Below are positions 1-10,483 of a stretch of 64,000 nt of DNA, one piece after another. The notes under the pieces were generated by a model that was given only the letters and a program-made list of their open reading frames with translations, was not told where the DNA came from and did no database searches. The position numbers and the translations under genes are program-made. Positions within the stretch are counted from its first letter, which is position 1, and every line of letters begins with the position of its first letter. This DNA comes from Candidatus Poribacteria bacterium (GTDB lineage: Bacteria; Poribacteria; WGA-4E; WGA-3G), in assembly GCA_965205015.1 (NCBI GenBank), contig OZ242029.1, positions 2,592,001 to 2,656,000 on the forward strand. The letters are read 5' to 3'.

Positions 1-1
1 T

Positions 2-1873
2 CGGTGCGGTCGTCAGCCACTTCGCAACCTGTCGCCAGAACCGTTCTGGACTATCCTCTTGATGCCAGAAGCGTTGATCTCCCTCTTCGTGGGAAGGTAG
101 CATCTGCCAACGCCAAGAGGTATGCGGTGTGAATACCATGACGCGCCCAGCATTGTAATTGTGCGTTGCGATAAGAATTCGCTTGCCGAATTCATTTCGA
201 TCGGTTGGGTGTTCCGCCAAAACAAGTGCGCCTGCTTTGGCACGTTTTACCTTACTGTACCCCTTCAATGTCGGCAAGATCCGCCAGCGTTCCAAATTCT
301 CGGCAGGCAGATCCGCCAAAGCCATCAAAGTTTCGACTTTCCCCTCCGGTGTGAGTTGCAATTTATAGTCCTTGTCTCCAGTAGACTGCGAACTCCTGAC
401 TGACCTACCGGTTCGCCTCGGTGCTAATGGAGGTGGCGGGGATCCAAGCTCCAATTCTACGGGGAGACATTGCGCAATCGGCGTGTTGATATAGGACCCA
501 GAAAGTTCGTGGTTCCCTAAAGAGCTGGAACCCCCTAACATAAGCAGTCCACCGCCTCGAGTGCGTACGAACTCAACTGTATTCTCCAGTTGCGCAGGTG
601 TAAATTGGGATGCATCCACGTTGCCTAAAATGATGGCATCAAAGTCAAAAAGCATCTCCTTATCGTCCGGATAAAATTGAAAATCGTGTGATGCCTCGGC
701 GCGAGTGCCGCCGTATGTTGGACGTCCCTCAGTGAAACCTTTCAAAAACCGATCGGTTAATTGGATGTTCGGATCGTTTTTCAAGGCACGCTTTATAAAA
801 CCGAGTTCATAACGCGGTCTACCATCAACAAACAGGATTTTTACACGTTTGGTCGGGGCTACCTTGAGTAAGAACGTTTTTGTGTTGTTTTGTGGAACGG
901 CTTCCGTTTCTTCTAACGCTGCGTGCACTTCAAATTTTTGTGTGCCGGCTTCACGGGGGGTAAATTTAAGCAGGATGCGTTTTGTCTTGGGGACGGAAGC
1001 TGCATCTGTCCCGCTCAGCTGCGACATCCAAGAGACCCCTTCGTCCATATCAACGGACTCCGTTTTCAGGACTCGTCCATTGTGTGTTAGCTGGACGTTC
1101 ACCTTTTCCCCTTTGAATCCCTTGCGTTGCAGCGTTACCCATACCTCAACAGGAAAATCCTCTTCTGCGGTTCGGGGCACATCGACCTTGATAAGTTCCA
1201 AGTCCGGATTTCCCTCTTCAGCCCCGATGCCAACCGTATGGATAGGCAGTTTCCGTTCACGGATTTGCATTGCGAACTTTGCGACATCAAGACCACTTCT
1301 GTCTACACCGTCAGTTAGCAGGACAGCCCCGGAGAGTGGAATTCCCTGCAAGTCATCAAGTGCTTCGTTTAACGCTTGTGGAATATCCGTACTTTCCCCT
1401 TCAGCACTGGTCAACGCCTCGCTTGGAACCCGTTTTGCCGTCGTGTCAAACGCAAAGAGTCTAACTTTGAATTTAGCGTCCAGTTTTTCAAGGAGTCCTT
1501 CTTTTTCTGGAAAGAGGAGGTTATTGGCGCGGTCCAACCGTGTCGTTGAATCCTCGGCATCGGTAATCTGCATGCTTTTGGACCTATCGATCATCACCAA
1601 CAGATAGGAATCATCGGGGTTTGTTTGATAAATTGTCAGAAAGGGTTTAAGGAGGCAGAAGGCAAGCAGACAGAGTACAATCGTACGGAGGAAGATGAGA
1701 AAGCCCCGGAAGACGCGTTGCGTGCGTCCTTGCGTGCTCCGATATGCCCATATTGTAGCAGCAAACAGTGCGACGAGTAGAACGGCTATAAGAAGCCCTG
1801 GCAATGGCACCCCAAACGAGAAATTCCCCTCTCGGAAAACGTCAATGGGGTACTTCATCATTTTTTCAAACAT
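2..1873 (-). CDS. Membrane protein with vWA-like MIDAS motif and glutamine amidotransferase-like (DUF1355-type) domain; 3'-truncated by window edge
   Basis: Absent from the ORF track because it has no stop in the window. Segments translated by hand from ATG 1873: two N-terminal TM helices, IDRSKSM (DxSxS), GGGLLMLGGSSS, and ERFWRQVAKWL in the same frame at the edge. Confidence 0.8.
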   Translation of the reverse strand, partial: MFEKMMKYPIDVFREGNFSFGVPLPGLLIAVLLVALFAATIWAYRSTQGRTQRVFRGFLIFLRTIVLCLLAFCLLKPFLTIYQTNPDDSYLLVMIDRSKSMQITDAEDSTTRLDRANNLLFPEKEGLLEKLDAKFKVRLFAFDTTAKRVPSEALTSAEGESTDIPQALNEALDDLQGIPLSGAVLLTDGVDRSGLDVAKFAMQIRERKLPIHTVGIGAEEGNPDLELIKVDVPRTAEEDFPVEVWVTLQRKGFKGEKVNVQLTHNGRVLKTESVDMDEGVSWMSQLSGTDAASVPKTKRILLKFTPREAGTQKFEVHAALEETEAVPQNNTKTFLLKVAPTKRVKILFVDGRPRYELGFIKRALKNDPNIQLTDRFLKGFTEGRPTYGGTRAEASHDFQFYPDDKEMLFDFDAIILGNVDASQFTPAQLENTVEFVRTRGGGLLMLGGSSSLGNHELSGSYINTPIAQCLPVELELGSPPPPLAPRRTGRSVRSSQSTGDKDYKLQLTPEGKVETLMALADLPAENLERWRILPTLKGYSKVKRAKAGALVLAEHPTDRNEFGKRILIATHNYNAGRVMVFTPHTSWRWQMLPSHEEGDQRFWHQEDSPERFWRQVAKWLTTAP

Positions 1874-1882
1874 ATTTTTAAC

Positions 1883-2296
1883 TCAGAGTTGGTCTTCAAT
1901 CCACTCATTATCGTGGTCGGGATTATAGGTGAGCCCTTTTCTAATATCAAGACAGAGATCAAGCATCTCTAAAACCATGTGCCCGACGAGAACAGGCACA
2001 TTTTCTGGTAATTCTGTTATCTCCAGCGTCCCTGACCGCTCCAAAACCGTAAAGCGAACCTCTGAATAGATGAAGCGATCGACAATGCCGTTTGTCGTCC
2101 GTGCCCTTGTTCTCCCGATGGGTGTTAAACCGAGTTGTTCAATCACCGGTTTCGGCAGCGATAAACGTGTTGCCCCGGTATCAACGATTGCGTCGTCAAC
2201 GATGATACACCGAACGTCTTCAGACTTCATAACGCCTGCTTCTGCCAAAAGCATATCTTTTCGATTCACGAGTTCAATTGTCGTTGTATGTCGCAT
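1883..2296 (-). CDS. Clan AA (retropepsin-like) aspartyl protease
   Basis: AIVDTGAT catalytic motif and downstream VLVGHMVLE. Confidence 0.8.
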   Translation of the reverse strand: MRHTTTIELVNRKDMLLAEAGVMKSEDVRCIIVDDAIVDTGATRLSLPKPVIEQLGLTPIGRTRARTTNGIVDRFIYSEVRFTVLERSGTLEITELPENVPVLVGHMVLEMLDLCLDIRKGLTYNPDHDNEWIEDQL

Positions 2297-2327
2297 TTTG
2301 TGCCTCTAATAGATAGTTCGAAAAATG

Positions 2328-3329
2328 TTAGTCCACTTTGCGACTTTGACCCGTGTGTGCGGATTCGTGTAATGCGTCAATGACACGCATATTTCCGAGC
2401 GCATCCGATATCGGTAAGTGCGTTGGACCACCAGTCTCCACGGCTCGACAGAGGTCCAAAATCTCAGCGGCGTAAGGATTCACACCGTTAGCAACACGAA
2501 TAGTTTCGCCGTTTACAATAAAATGGGATTCACCTTCCGAATTGCCCCAGGCGCTCTGAACAAAGAGCGTGCCCTCCGTCCCAGCGACCTCATAAGATTC
2601 GCGCCACGTCCATCCAAAACTACAATCCAATTGCGCGGTAATCCCATCACCAAAGTCCAAAGTTCCAATCAGCGTTTCCCAGACGTTGTTAATCGGTTCA
2701 AACTTGCCCGTTGCCCAGACGGACTGTGGTTCTCGCCCAACGAGATAACGGATGATATTGATGCAATAACAGCCTAAATCCATGACGGCACCCCCGCCGA
2801 GATCGCCTCTTAATCGCCAATTCTGCCGGTCTGTGAGTCCCGTTGAAAAGGTAGAACGGGCATAGCGGACCTCTCCGATCGCGCCCGCTTCTATTTTCTG
2901 TTTCACGGCAAGCGTCAACGGATGATGTCGGTACATGAAGGCTTCCATTAATCGGATGTCAGCACGCTCTGTAACCTGGATCATTTGCTCTAATTGCGTC
3001 GTGTTAACCGCGATCGGTTTCTCAACGAGAATACCTGTGACGCCGCACCGCACTGCCTCCAAGACATTTTTGAGGTGGTTTGAGGGCCATGTTGCAATCA
3101 CTAAGACCTCGGGTTGCTGTTTCTCCAGCATCTGTCGGAGGTCGTTGTAGGTGTTCTGAACGTTATATTCTGTAGCAAAACGCTTGAGGGGTTCAAATTT
3201 CTCGTCACAGGCACCTACAATTTCAATTTCTGGTAGATTCCGCCACGCGTTGCCGTGTTGCTGAGAAATACCACCACACCCGACGATGGCGACACGATAT
3301 TTTGGGGACGTTTGTGAGTCACGAGACAT
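2328..3329 (-). CDS. Gfo/Idh/MocA family oxidoreductase
   Basis: GCGGIS Rossmann motif, VEKP, GGGAVMDLGCY. Confidence 0.9.
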   Translation of the reverse strand: MSRDSQTSPKYRVAIVGCGGISQQHGNAWRNLPEIEIVGACDEKFEPLKRFATEYNVQNTYNDLRQMLEKQQPEVLVIATWPSNHLKNVLEAVRCGVTGILVEKPIAVNTTQLEQMIQVTERADIRLMEAFMYRHHPLTLAVKQKIEAGAIGEVRYARSTFSTGLTDRQNWRLRGDLGGGAVMDLGCYCINIIRYLVGREPQSVWATGKFEPINNVWETLIGTLDFGDGITAQLDCSFGWTWRESYEVAGTEGTLFVQSAWGNSEGESHFIVNGETIRVANGVNPYAAEILDLCRAVETGGPTHLPISDALGNMRVIDALHESAHTGQSRKVD

Positions 3330-3416
3330 AACTGACTCCTTTTACGGAACAAGTCTGAACTATGATTTAACGGATTGAAGGCTTACCCTGATGAGTGGTA
3401 AATCACTGATGAGAAA

Positions 3417-4400
3417 TCAGGGCGTGGTCAAAATTTCTGAAATGGTGATGGGTCTGTTTTCTTGGGCAGATTGGTTGGCTGCCAGCGATATTGCGAGGGT
3501 TTTGACTGCATCGCTATAAGGACTTAAGATTGAAGACGCATCACCGCGTCGCACGGCGTCCACGAAGACCTCATCAATTGTTGGGCTCGGTTCTGTTTTA
3601 TCCACCCATTCGCCATTTTCTTGGACCAAGACCCTTGATGGATTCCAATTCAACAACTCGTCTTCATACAATAAATCCAGGACATTTGCGTTTGACCAGT
3701 CCCCTGCGTAAGCCCAGGTAGCCGTCAACGAACCGACGGCGCCACTCTCAAATTGGAGAGCGACACTATTGGCATCGGGACAATCCGTCTCTTTGAGAAA
3801 CCGGTTCGCCTGCATGGCATAGACGGTTTCCACTTCTCCGCCCATGTAACGCATCATGTCGATCGTATGTGTGGCTTGTTCGACGAGTTGACCCCCGGAT
3901 TTACCTATCTGCCGGAGCCATGCGTTTGGATCACCGTGCCCAGTGCTGCACCAGTACTTGCCGACGACCATATTAATTGTTCTTCCCTGCAGGATCTGCT
4001 GCGTTATTTTTGTCGAACCGAGGTAACGGAGCTGATAGCCTACACACGTTATGAGTCCAGCGTTCGCCACTGCGGCTTCAACCTCACGGGCAATCTCCAT
4101 ATTGATAGCAACAGGCTTTTCAACAAAAAAGGGTAAGCCTCGTTCAATAACGTCAAGTTCTGGCTGTCCATGCGCAAAAACTGGGAGGCTCAGATAGACG
4201 GCATCCAAGTCATCCCGTTCGAGGAGGGCTTGATGTGCGGTGTAGGGATCAGCATTGTGGTTCTCGGCGGCGCTTTGGGCGCGTTCGGCTTGAACGTCGC
4301 ACACGGCTACAACCCTTGCGCCTTCGATGCTGGTTAATTGGTTCATGTGCCCATTCGCATTGCCGCCGCATCCGATAAATCCGATTTTAATTTCTGTCAT
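3417..4400 (-). CDS. Gfo/Idh/MocA family oxidoreductase
   Basis: GFIGCGGNA, VEKP, SGGQLVEQATH. Confidence 0.9.
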   Translation of the reverse strand: MTEIKIGFIGCGGNANGHMNQLTSIEGARVVAVCDVQAERAQSAAENHNADPYTAHQALLERDDLDAVYLSLPVFAHGQPELDVIERGLPFFVEKPVAINMEIAREVEAAVANAGLITCVGYQLRYLGSTKITQQILQGRTINMVVGKYWCSTGHGDPNAWLRQIGKSGGQLVEQATHTIDMMRYMGGEVETVYAMQANRFLKETDCPDANSVALQFESGAVGSLTATWAYAGDWSNANVLDLLYEDELLNWNPSRVLVQENGEWVDKTEPSPTIDEVFVDAVRRGDASSILSPYSDAVKTLAISLAANQSAQENRPITISEILTTP

Positions 4401-4447
4401 TCTTTACCTCTATAAACACCTAAGAATTATTGCCAACTTTACTTTTG

Positions 4448-5662
4448 CTAACGCGCTTTGAAATTCACTTGTAATGCTTTTTCAATATCCGCGCGGGGGT
4501 GAACGCCAAATTGGATTTCAAAATCTCGATCAAAAGCCTCTTCTTCAGCGGGGTCAGGTTGAAGCGGGAGTTGAATGGGTTGCCGATTCATCTGAATTGA
4601 TCGATGTGCGGCAATCACCATCTCTTGATCTGCTCTGCCCATTTCGCCTGTCCATAGTGGCTGCGTATCTTCTCGAACGGCGCGTGCGATACCATCAAGC
4701 ATCGTTGCCAGTGAAATGCCCGTTTCTGAAATATCTGTCCGCCGATAAGGATTCACCCACTCTACAGTGCCCCCTAAAGACGCAGGGAGTTCCACAAAGA
4801 TACGTTGCAAAGTGCCACTGTCACTATATTCCCTCTGGAATTCATAAGTCTGTGCCCTGCCGCTGTTTAACGTGAGGTCTTCATCCGTGCAAACGTTGAC
4901 GGTTTCACCACCGGTAGCACCCTGGTTCCCGTTGGTGATAATTGTGCCGCGCTCCCCACACGTCTCGAAACCGACAAGTTTATTCCGTCCGAGGCATCCG
5001 TTCTTATTGCCTACCATAGCGATACCGATGCCGCCATTCTCAAAATCTATGGCGTAAAACTCAAGACCTTCCCGATTGTGATCCCGTTTTGCCCTGTCAA
5101 CGTAGGGCGAAACAGGCATCGTATGTCCGATACTGCTAACGGTTTTGGGAGCGGCATCCATACGGCACCGTATGGCGGCGAGTCCATGATAGCCGGTTGT
5201 AGAAAAAAGTCGGTAACACTTGTGGACGTTCCCGATTACGTCTTCCTTAATGAGTTTACACACAAACTGTTCCACAGGAACGAACGGAAAATTCTCCGAT
5301 GTCTGGAGTTTTACACCATTCTCGTCAGCGTCAGTTATCATCATATCCATCAAACCGAGTGTTGGTGCAAGCCCAGTCTCAACGTTATGCGGGATACCGC
5401 ATCGGGACAGGTAACAGGAAACGACGTGATGTAGTGGCACGGGGACAACGACGTCGCAAACATCAGGGGATATTTCATCAATCATTTTCCGGACATCGGT
5501 ATAGGCTTTAACGCCGTATTTCGCCGCGCCTATTTCTGCGGATTCCGCATGGGCATCACACACGGCAACGATGTCGAAGGTGTCCTTTAATGTAGCGGCT
5601 GTTGACAGGTGCGCTGCACCGCGTCTACCGTGGCCAATTAAGGCGTATTTTAGACGTGACAT
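4448..5662 (-). CDS. Divergent Gfo/Idh/MocA family oxidoreductase
   Basis: IGHGRRG Rossmann motif, VAVCD; the EKP motif reads ETG. Confidence 0.75.
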   Translation of the reverse strand: MSRLKYALIGHGRRGAAHLSTAATLKDTFDIVAVCDAHAESAEIGAAKYGVKAYTDVRKMIDEISPDVCDVVVPVPLHHVVSCYLSRCGIPHNVETGLAPTLGLMDMMITDADENGVKLQTSENFPFVPVEQFVCKLIKEDVIGNVHKCYRLFSTTGYHGLAAIRCRMDAAPKTVSSIGHTMPVSPYVDRAKRDHNREGLEFYAIDFENGGIGIAMVGNKNGCLGRNKLVGFETCGERGTIITNGNQGATGGETVNVCTDEDLTLNSGRAQTYEFQREYSDSGTLQRIFVELPASLGGTVEWVNPYRRTDISETGISLATMLDGIARAVREDTQPLWTGEMGRADQEMVIAAHRSIQMNRQPIQLPLQPDPAEEEAFDRDFEIQFGVHPRADIEKALQVNFKAR

Positions 5663-5824
5663 TTTTTAATTTTTCCTTGCGGTTAAACAACGTGTGCCTC
5701 GGATTTCACGTTCCCTTCTCGAATCCGCTCTCCCATTTCATTACGAGCTACGGTTCTGAGCATATAGGGCGAGGACCCTTGAAAAAACACCCAGGCAACC
5801 CCGCCATACATTACGGGTTCAGTT

Positions 5825-6772
5825 TTAATGAACGCACTGATAACCGGTCTCTTCAAGACGCGTTCGGATTTTATCGACTTCACCTGCGGACAATTGACGA
5901 AGCGGACGGCGCATCGTCATTGCGGGGAATCTGCCCATCAACCAACGGGCACATTTCATTCGCTGATGCGCGTCGCTGCTCGGTTCACCGAAGTTATAGA
6001 CGATGCGTGCGAGCGCGTCTACTTGACTGCGCGCCTTCCGTGCACCGATAAGATCGTTGTTGAGTGCTGCGTGGACGACATCCACCATTAACTCTGGAAC
6101 AAAACCCGCGAACCCGATGAGTGCGCCATCGCTTCCTTCGAGTAGGGAGGCGAGCAGATATTCATCATGACAGGTCAGAATAGGTACGTCGGGAGCGGCT
6201 TCTTTCAGTTGTTCATAGTCCCACCGCCAGCGTGCCATGTCACGGGTGCCCATTTTAATGCAGATAACCTGTGGGATCTTCACCATTTCTAACATCTCTT
6301 CAAGGCTGTATCCTGCCTTTGTCCATGCGGGGTACTGGTGAACAATAATCGGTATATCTGCGCCTTCGGCGACATCCTGAAAGTAACCGACTGCGGTTTC
6401 AGGTGTCCTTCCAAAACGCAACCAGTGATGTGCGGGCATTAACAGTATGGCATCCGCCCCGGCTTCCTTCGCCGCGAGTGCGTCATCGATCGCTGGGAGG
6501 CTCCCTTCTGCACTCACCCCTGAGACGACTTTCACTCGGTCGCCAACGGCTTCAGCGGTAATTTGCGTAACGCGCTGTCTTTCAGGCAAGCGGAGAGACA
6601 TGATTTCGCCGGTGTGTCCATTACAGACGACGCCTTTTATTCCTGGAACGCTTGCGAGTTCCTGCATGTATTGACGCAATCCGACTTCGTCAATCGATTC
6701 ATCTTCATGAAAAGGACAAAGCGTCGCCGGAAATACACCTGCCCACGGATGATGTTGCCAATTTATTTTCAT
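5825..6772 (-). CDS. Dihydrodipicolinate synthase family (class I aldolase/lyase)
   Basis: GVFPATLCPF, NGHTGE, Schiff-base Lys in ICIKMG; start may be GTG 6805. Confidence 0.88.
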   Translation of the reverse strand: MKINWQHHPWAGVFPATLCPFHEDESIDEVGLRQYMQELASVPGIKGVVCNGHTGEIMSLRLPERQRVTQITAEAVGDRVKVVSGVSAEGSLPAIDDALAAKEAGADAILLMPAHHWLRFGRTPETAVGYFQDVAEGADIPIIVHQYPAWTKAGYSLEEMLEMVKIPQVICIKMGTRDMARWRWDYEQLKEAAPDVPILTCHDEYLLASLLEGSDGALIGFAGFVPELMVDVVHAALNNDLIGARKARSQVDALARIVYNFGEPSSDAHQRMKCARWLMGRFPAMTMRRPLRQLSAGEVDKIRTRLEETGYQCVH

Positions 6773-6847
6773 CTGTTTTCCTGTTTGTTTATCTAATTTG
6801 TTCACTCTTTTATTTGGAATTCTGCACGATCCTTCAAATTAAATTCT

Positions 6848-6884
6848 ATTTTAACTTGATTTTGCGTGTAAAATCAAGTATTAT
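6848..6884. promoter_or_regulatory. Overlapping divergent sigma70-like promoters forming a palindrome
   Basis: ACTTGATTTT-N6-AAAATCAAGT at 6854-6879; + strand TTGATT-17-TATTAT; - strand TTGATT-18-TAAAAT. Confidence 0.5.
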
Positions 6885-6945
6885 TTTAAAGAGAAGGCTT
6901 CATCTTGCCAGTACGGTTGAAAATCACGTTTACGGGGTTTCGTGA

Positions 6946-7407
6946 ATGGAGGAGGTCCAAGTGCGAAAACAGAGAAGGCTTAAAGTGATTGCGGCGAGCG
7001 TCATTTTGTTATGTGGTATGGCACTTTTAGTATGGGTTGGAATTCAAAGAACAAGTGTTCGGCACTTCACGCCCGCTGCGCTTGTGGCAGACGGCAACAG
7101 AATGAACAATCAACAGGTCCAGGTTGATGGGCTCATTGCAGAAGGCAGCGCCGAATGGGATGCTGCTAATTTTAAGCTCACCTTTGCTGTGCGTGACCGC
7201 GAAACTGCAGCAACAGTCAACGTGATTTACAAAGATCGACTGAAACCGGACAATTTTACGGACGGTGGTAGCGTTTTCGTAGAAGGTAAGTACGACGCAA
7301 CGCAGAACCGCATTGTCGCCTCTAAACTCATGACGAAGTGTGCCTCGAAATACGAGGGGGCAGAAAGTGCCACACCTACAGATGAGACCTCTTATATCTC
7401 GGAGTAA
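6946..7407 (+). CDS. ccmE: Cytochrome c maturation heme chaperone CcmE, CxxxY variant
   Basis: N-terminal TM, PDNF..G..VFVEG, and KLMTKCASKY in place of HxxxY. Confidence 0.9.
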   Translation: MEEVQVRKQRRLKVIAASVILLCGMALLVWVGIQRTSVRHFTPAALVADGNRMNNQQVQVDGLIAEGSAEWDAANFKLTFAVRDRETAATVNVIYKDRLKPDNFTDGGSVFVEGKYDATQNRIVASKLMTKCASKYEGAESATPTDETSYISE

Positions 7408-7468
7408 AGGATAAACAACACCTTAACAATATGTTCAACACCACTATTTTAAGGAGGCACAGCAACGA

Positions 7469-9493
7469 ATGACTGCGGAAATTGGACAAGCCGCTATATT
7501 TCTCTCTGTGTTCTCTGGCTTGTGGGCGATTGGTTTTCTCTGCCTTGGACTACGCACGCGAACTCAGAACGCCATCCGGAGCGGCAGGAACGCCGTCGTT
7601 GCCACCTTCATTCTCATCAGTATCGCAACCGGTGCCTTAATCTACGGTTTTGTAACCGACGATTTCTCGATGCGCTATGTCGTTGAGGTCTCAAGTGCCG
7701 CGCAACCCCTACTCTATAAAATCACAGCCCTCTGGGGACGCATGTCAGGCTCCCTTTTATTCTGGCTTTGGTTACTGACGGTTGCAGGCGCGATTGTCGT
7801 CTGGCAAAATCACCGGCGCACTAAAGAAACAAATGATACGCTTTCGGATTATGCCCTTATTCCGATTGTAGTCGTACAACTGTTTTTCATTATACTCGTC
7901 ACTGGCTTAGTCGAAGGCGTTTATAATCCACTCGAACGATTCCCCAATGGACAGATGGCACCTGATGGTGCCGGTATGAACCCACTTCTCCAGACGCCAA
8001 GCATGGCATTCCATCCTCCGACGTTATATATCGGTTGGATTGCCCTGACGGTGCCGTTTGCGTTTGCCGTTGGCGCACTTGCATCCGGTAGAGTTAGCAG
8101 CGAGTGGATCGTGCGTTCACGTCGGTGGACGCTCTTCTCGTGGATCGTCTTGACGATCGGTATCACGCTCGGTGGCAATTGGGCATATCGCGAGCTTGGC
8201 TGGGGCGGTTATTGGGCGTGGGATCCGGTTGAAAACGCCTCTTTTATGCCGTGGCTCCTCGGCACTGCTTATCTACACTCCGTGATGATTCAAGAGAAGC
8301 GGAATATGCTCAAACTGTGGAATATCCTCCTGATTACCCTCGCGTTCCAGTTCACACTCTTGGGAACCTTCATCACACGTAGTGGAATTATCACATCGGT
8401 ACATGCCTTCGCACAATCTGATATTGGCGGATATTTCCTCGGTTTCATCTTAGCCTCGACCGCAGGCGTCATCGGACTCATCATCTATCGTTGGAAGCGG
8501 TTAAAGAGTGCCAATCGTTTGGAATCCCTGCTCTCTCGTGAGAGTGCGTTTGTTCTGAATAATTGGCTTCTTGTCGGGTTAACGCTAATTATCCTCTGGG
8601 GCACGTTATGGCCGATTATCTCCGAGGCGATTAACGGTCAAAAGTCCTCTGTCCCCGAAGCATTTTTCAATCAAGTCGTTATTATTCCGGGGTTATTCCT
8701 TCTTTTCCTCACAGGGGCGGGTCCAATTGTCTCATGGAAAAAAATAACTGTTAACAACTTCCAGCGGATGTTTCTGTGGCCGCTTGTTATCGGTTTAGTC
8801 GCAGGCGCATTGACATGGGGATTTCTCACATTAATAAAAGTGGAGGCGTTTCCGCTCTATTCGGTCCTCTGCGTCGCCGTAGGTACCTTCGTGGTTGTAG
8901 CAATCTTTGCTGAATTTTATCGCGGCGCGAAGCTCCGCGCGAGACGACAGGAGACATCTTTCCTCAACGGTTTGAATCTCCTTATCCAACGGAATAAAAG
9001 ACGATATGGCGGTTACATCATCCATATCGGTATCGTTATACTCTATATAGGTATTATGGGATCGAAAGGCTATTCTCTGCTTGAATCCAAAAGTTTGAGG
9101 ATCGGAGAATCGATGGAGGTTGGCCAATTTCAACTCACAATGAAAGATTCATTTGAGAAAGAATTCGCTAACTATCGTCGAACGGGTGTTGTTTTCGATG
9201 TCGCTAAGAACGGGAAACAGATAGGGACGATGGAGCCCGCGCGCCACTTCTATTACAAAACTGGACAGGGAGAACAGGATACGATTGAATCTGCCATCCG
9301 ACACTTTGGGGTGAACGATTTCTATATCGCCCTCGGTAGCATCCCGCCGGATGTTAAGACAGGCGGTGTTGTGAACGTCCAAGCGTATTACAATCCTCTT
9401 ATCGGTGTCGTGTGGATCGGCGTTGCTATAATGGTGCTGGGTGGAATTGTCGCTATAGTTGAAAAGGTTGAACGCGGTAAAGACTCTGAATAG
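7469..9493 (+). CDS. ccmF: Heme lyase CcmF
   Basis: WAYRELGWGGYWAWDPVENASFMPW (WWD domain), FHPP, SVHAF. Confidence 0.97.
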   Translation: MTAEIGQAAIFLSVFSGLWAIGFLCLGLRTRTQNAIRSGRNAVVATFILISIATGALIYGFVTDDFSMRYVVEVSSAAQPLLYKITALWGRMSGSLLFWLWLLTVAGAIVVWQNHRRTKETNDTLSDYALIPIVVVQLFFIILVTGLVEGVYNPLERFPNGQMAPDGAGMNPLLQTPSMAFHPPTLYIGWIALTVPFAFAVGALASGRVSSEWIVRSRRWTLFSWIVLTIGITLGGNWAYRELGWGGYWAWDPVENASFMPWLLGTAYLHSVMIQEKRNMLKLWNILLITLAFQFTLLGTFITRSGIITSVHAFAQSDIGGYFLGFILASTAGVIGLIIYRWKRLKSANRLESLLSRESAFVLNNWLLVGLTLIILWGTLWPIISEAINGQKSSVPEAFFNQVVIIPGLFLLFLTGAGPIVSWKKITVNNFQRMFLWPLVIGLVAGALTWGFLTLIKVEAFPLYSVLCVAVGTFVVVAIFAEFYRGAKLRARRQETSFLNGLNLLIQRNKRRYGGYIIHIGIVILYIGIMGSKGYSLLESKSLRIGESMEVGQFQLTMKDSFEKEFANYRRTGVVFDVAKNGKQIGTMEPARHFYYKTGQGEQDTIESAIRHFGVNDFYIALGSIPPDVKTGGVVNVQAYYNPLIGVVWIGVAIMVLGGIVAIVEKVERGKDSE

Positions 9494-9508
9494 ACGAAGG
9501 ACAAGCTC

Positions 9509-10078
9509 ATGAAAACTGGAAGAATTGAACATGCTGCAATCCCCAACAACACTGTAATTCCTAATTGTATGCGGGTTGTTGTACTTTTCATGGCTTGCTG
9601 CGTTATCGTCACCGTGCACGCGCAGACAGAAACACCCCGCACAGCAGAACCGAAAGATGTGAAGGATGCCACAGTTGCGTCGGATTTAAAAGAGTTGCTA
9701 ACGACAGTCTACTGTTACTGCGGTTGTACGCGAGAGACAATTGAGGTCTGTGTCTGCGACACGGCAGCCATGATTGAAAAGGATTTCCGTAACCGATTGC
9801 TGGCGGGTCAAACCGTTGAGCAGATTCGCACGAATTACCTGGATACGTTCGGACCACAGTATTACGCAGTCATGCCAGCGGAGGGTATTAATCTACTCGC
9901 CTACATTATGCCAGCCGTCATTCTTGTCCTCATCGGGGGTGTTGCCTTTTTCGCGCTGCGCAGATTCAAGCAGCAACCCGTAACAAGTGATGTGCCTGAA
10001 GAACCAAACCAACAGGTCTCCGATACAACCGTGAAACAGGTCGAAGTTGAATTGGAAAGGTTCAAACAGCAAAACTAA
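9509..10078 (+). CDS. ccmH: Cytochrome c biogenesis protein CcmH/CycL, Cys-rich variant
   Basis: Signal/TM, CYCGC..CVC, G.T.EQI..Y..FG, second TM; directly after ccmF. Confidence 0.8.
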   Translation: MKTGRIEHAAIPNNTVIPNCMRVVVLFMACCVIVTVHAQTETPRTAEPKDVKDATVASDLKELLTTVYCYCGCTRETIEVCVCDTAAMIEKDFRNRLLAGQTVEQIRTNYLDTFGPQYYAVMPAEGINLLAYIMPAVILVLIGGVAFFALRRFKQQPVTSDVPEEPNQQVSDTTVKQVEVELERFKQQN

Positions 10079-10134
10079 GCGCGGCGATTTTTTGAGTAGG
10101 ATAGGCACTCCGTGCTCTTCAGGAAAGGTGTTTC

Positions 10135-10482
10135 ATGTCTTTTCTCGTGATTTTATGGATGATAATTCTTGGAATTGCACTGCTTGTGTATCTGAGCATT
10201 CCAATTTTTTCAAAGACAGGTTCACAGTTTGCTGCAACGTCCGACGATCTCATTGAGGAACGGCGACAAACCCTTTTTCAGGAACGCGAACGCAGCTACA
10301 CCGCACTGGCAGATCTCGATGAAGATTACGAAACTGGGAAACTTTCAGATGCCGACTACCAAGAGTTGCGCGAGGAACTCCTGCAAGAGACTGCGCGCGT
10401 CATCATGCAACTCGAAAATGAATCACTGTCGGATGTAGAAGCAGAAATTGAAAGGTTCAAACAGCAACAACGTGGAACGTAA
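10135..10482 (+). CDS. CcmI/CycH N-terminal-like small membrane protein
   Basis: TM followed by LADLDEDYETGKLSDADYQELREE helix; ccm context. Confidence 0.65.
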   Translation: MSFLVILWMIILGIALLVYLSIPIFSKTGSQFAATSDDLIEERRQTLFQERERSYTALADLDEDYETGKLSDADYQELREELLQETARVIMQLENESLSDVEAEIERFKQQQRGT

Positions 10483-10483
10483 C

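Noticed and set aside
428-452. TGGAGGTGGCGGGGATC resembling the reverse complement of a tmRNA/tRNA 3' end
   Set aside because: It lies within the minus-strand CDS, where it reads ELGSPPPPLA, and there is no full T-arm or matching 5' end.
849-1607. 252-aa plus-strand ORF
   Set aside because: It is an antisense shadow of the minus-strand CDS starting at 1873.
6854-6879. FNR box
   Set aside because: The TTGAT and ATCAA half-sites are much further apart than the 4-bp FNR spacing.
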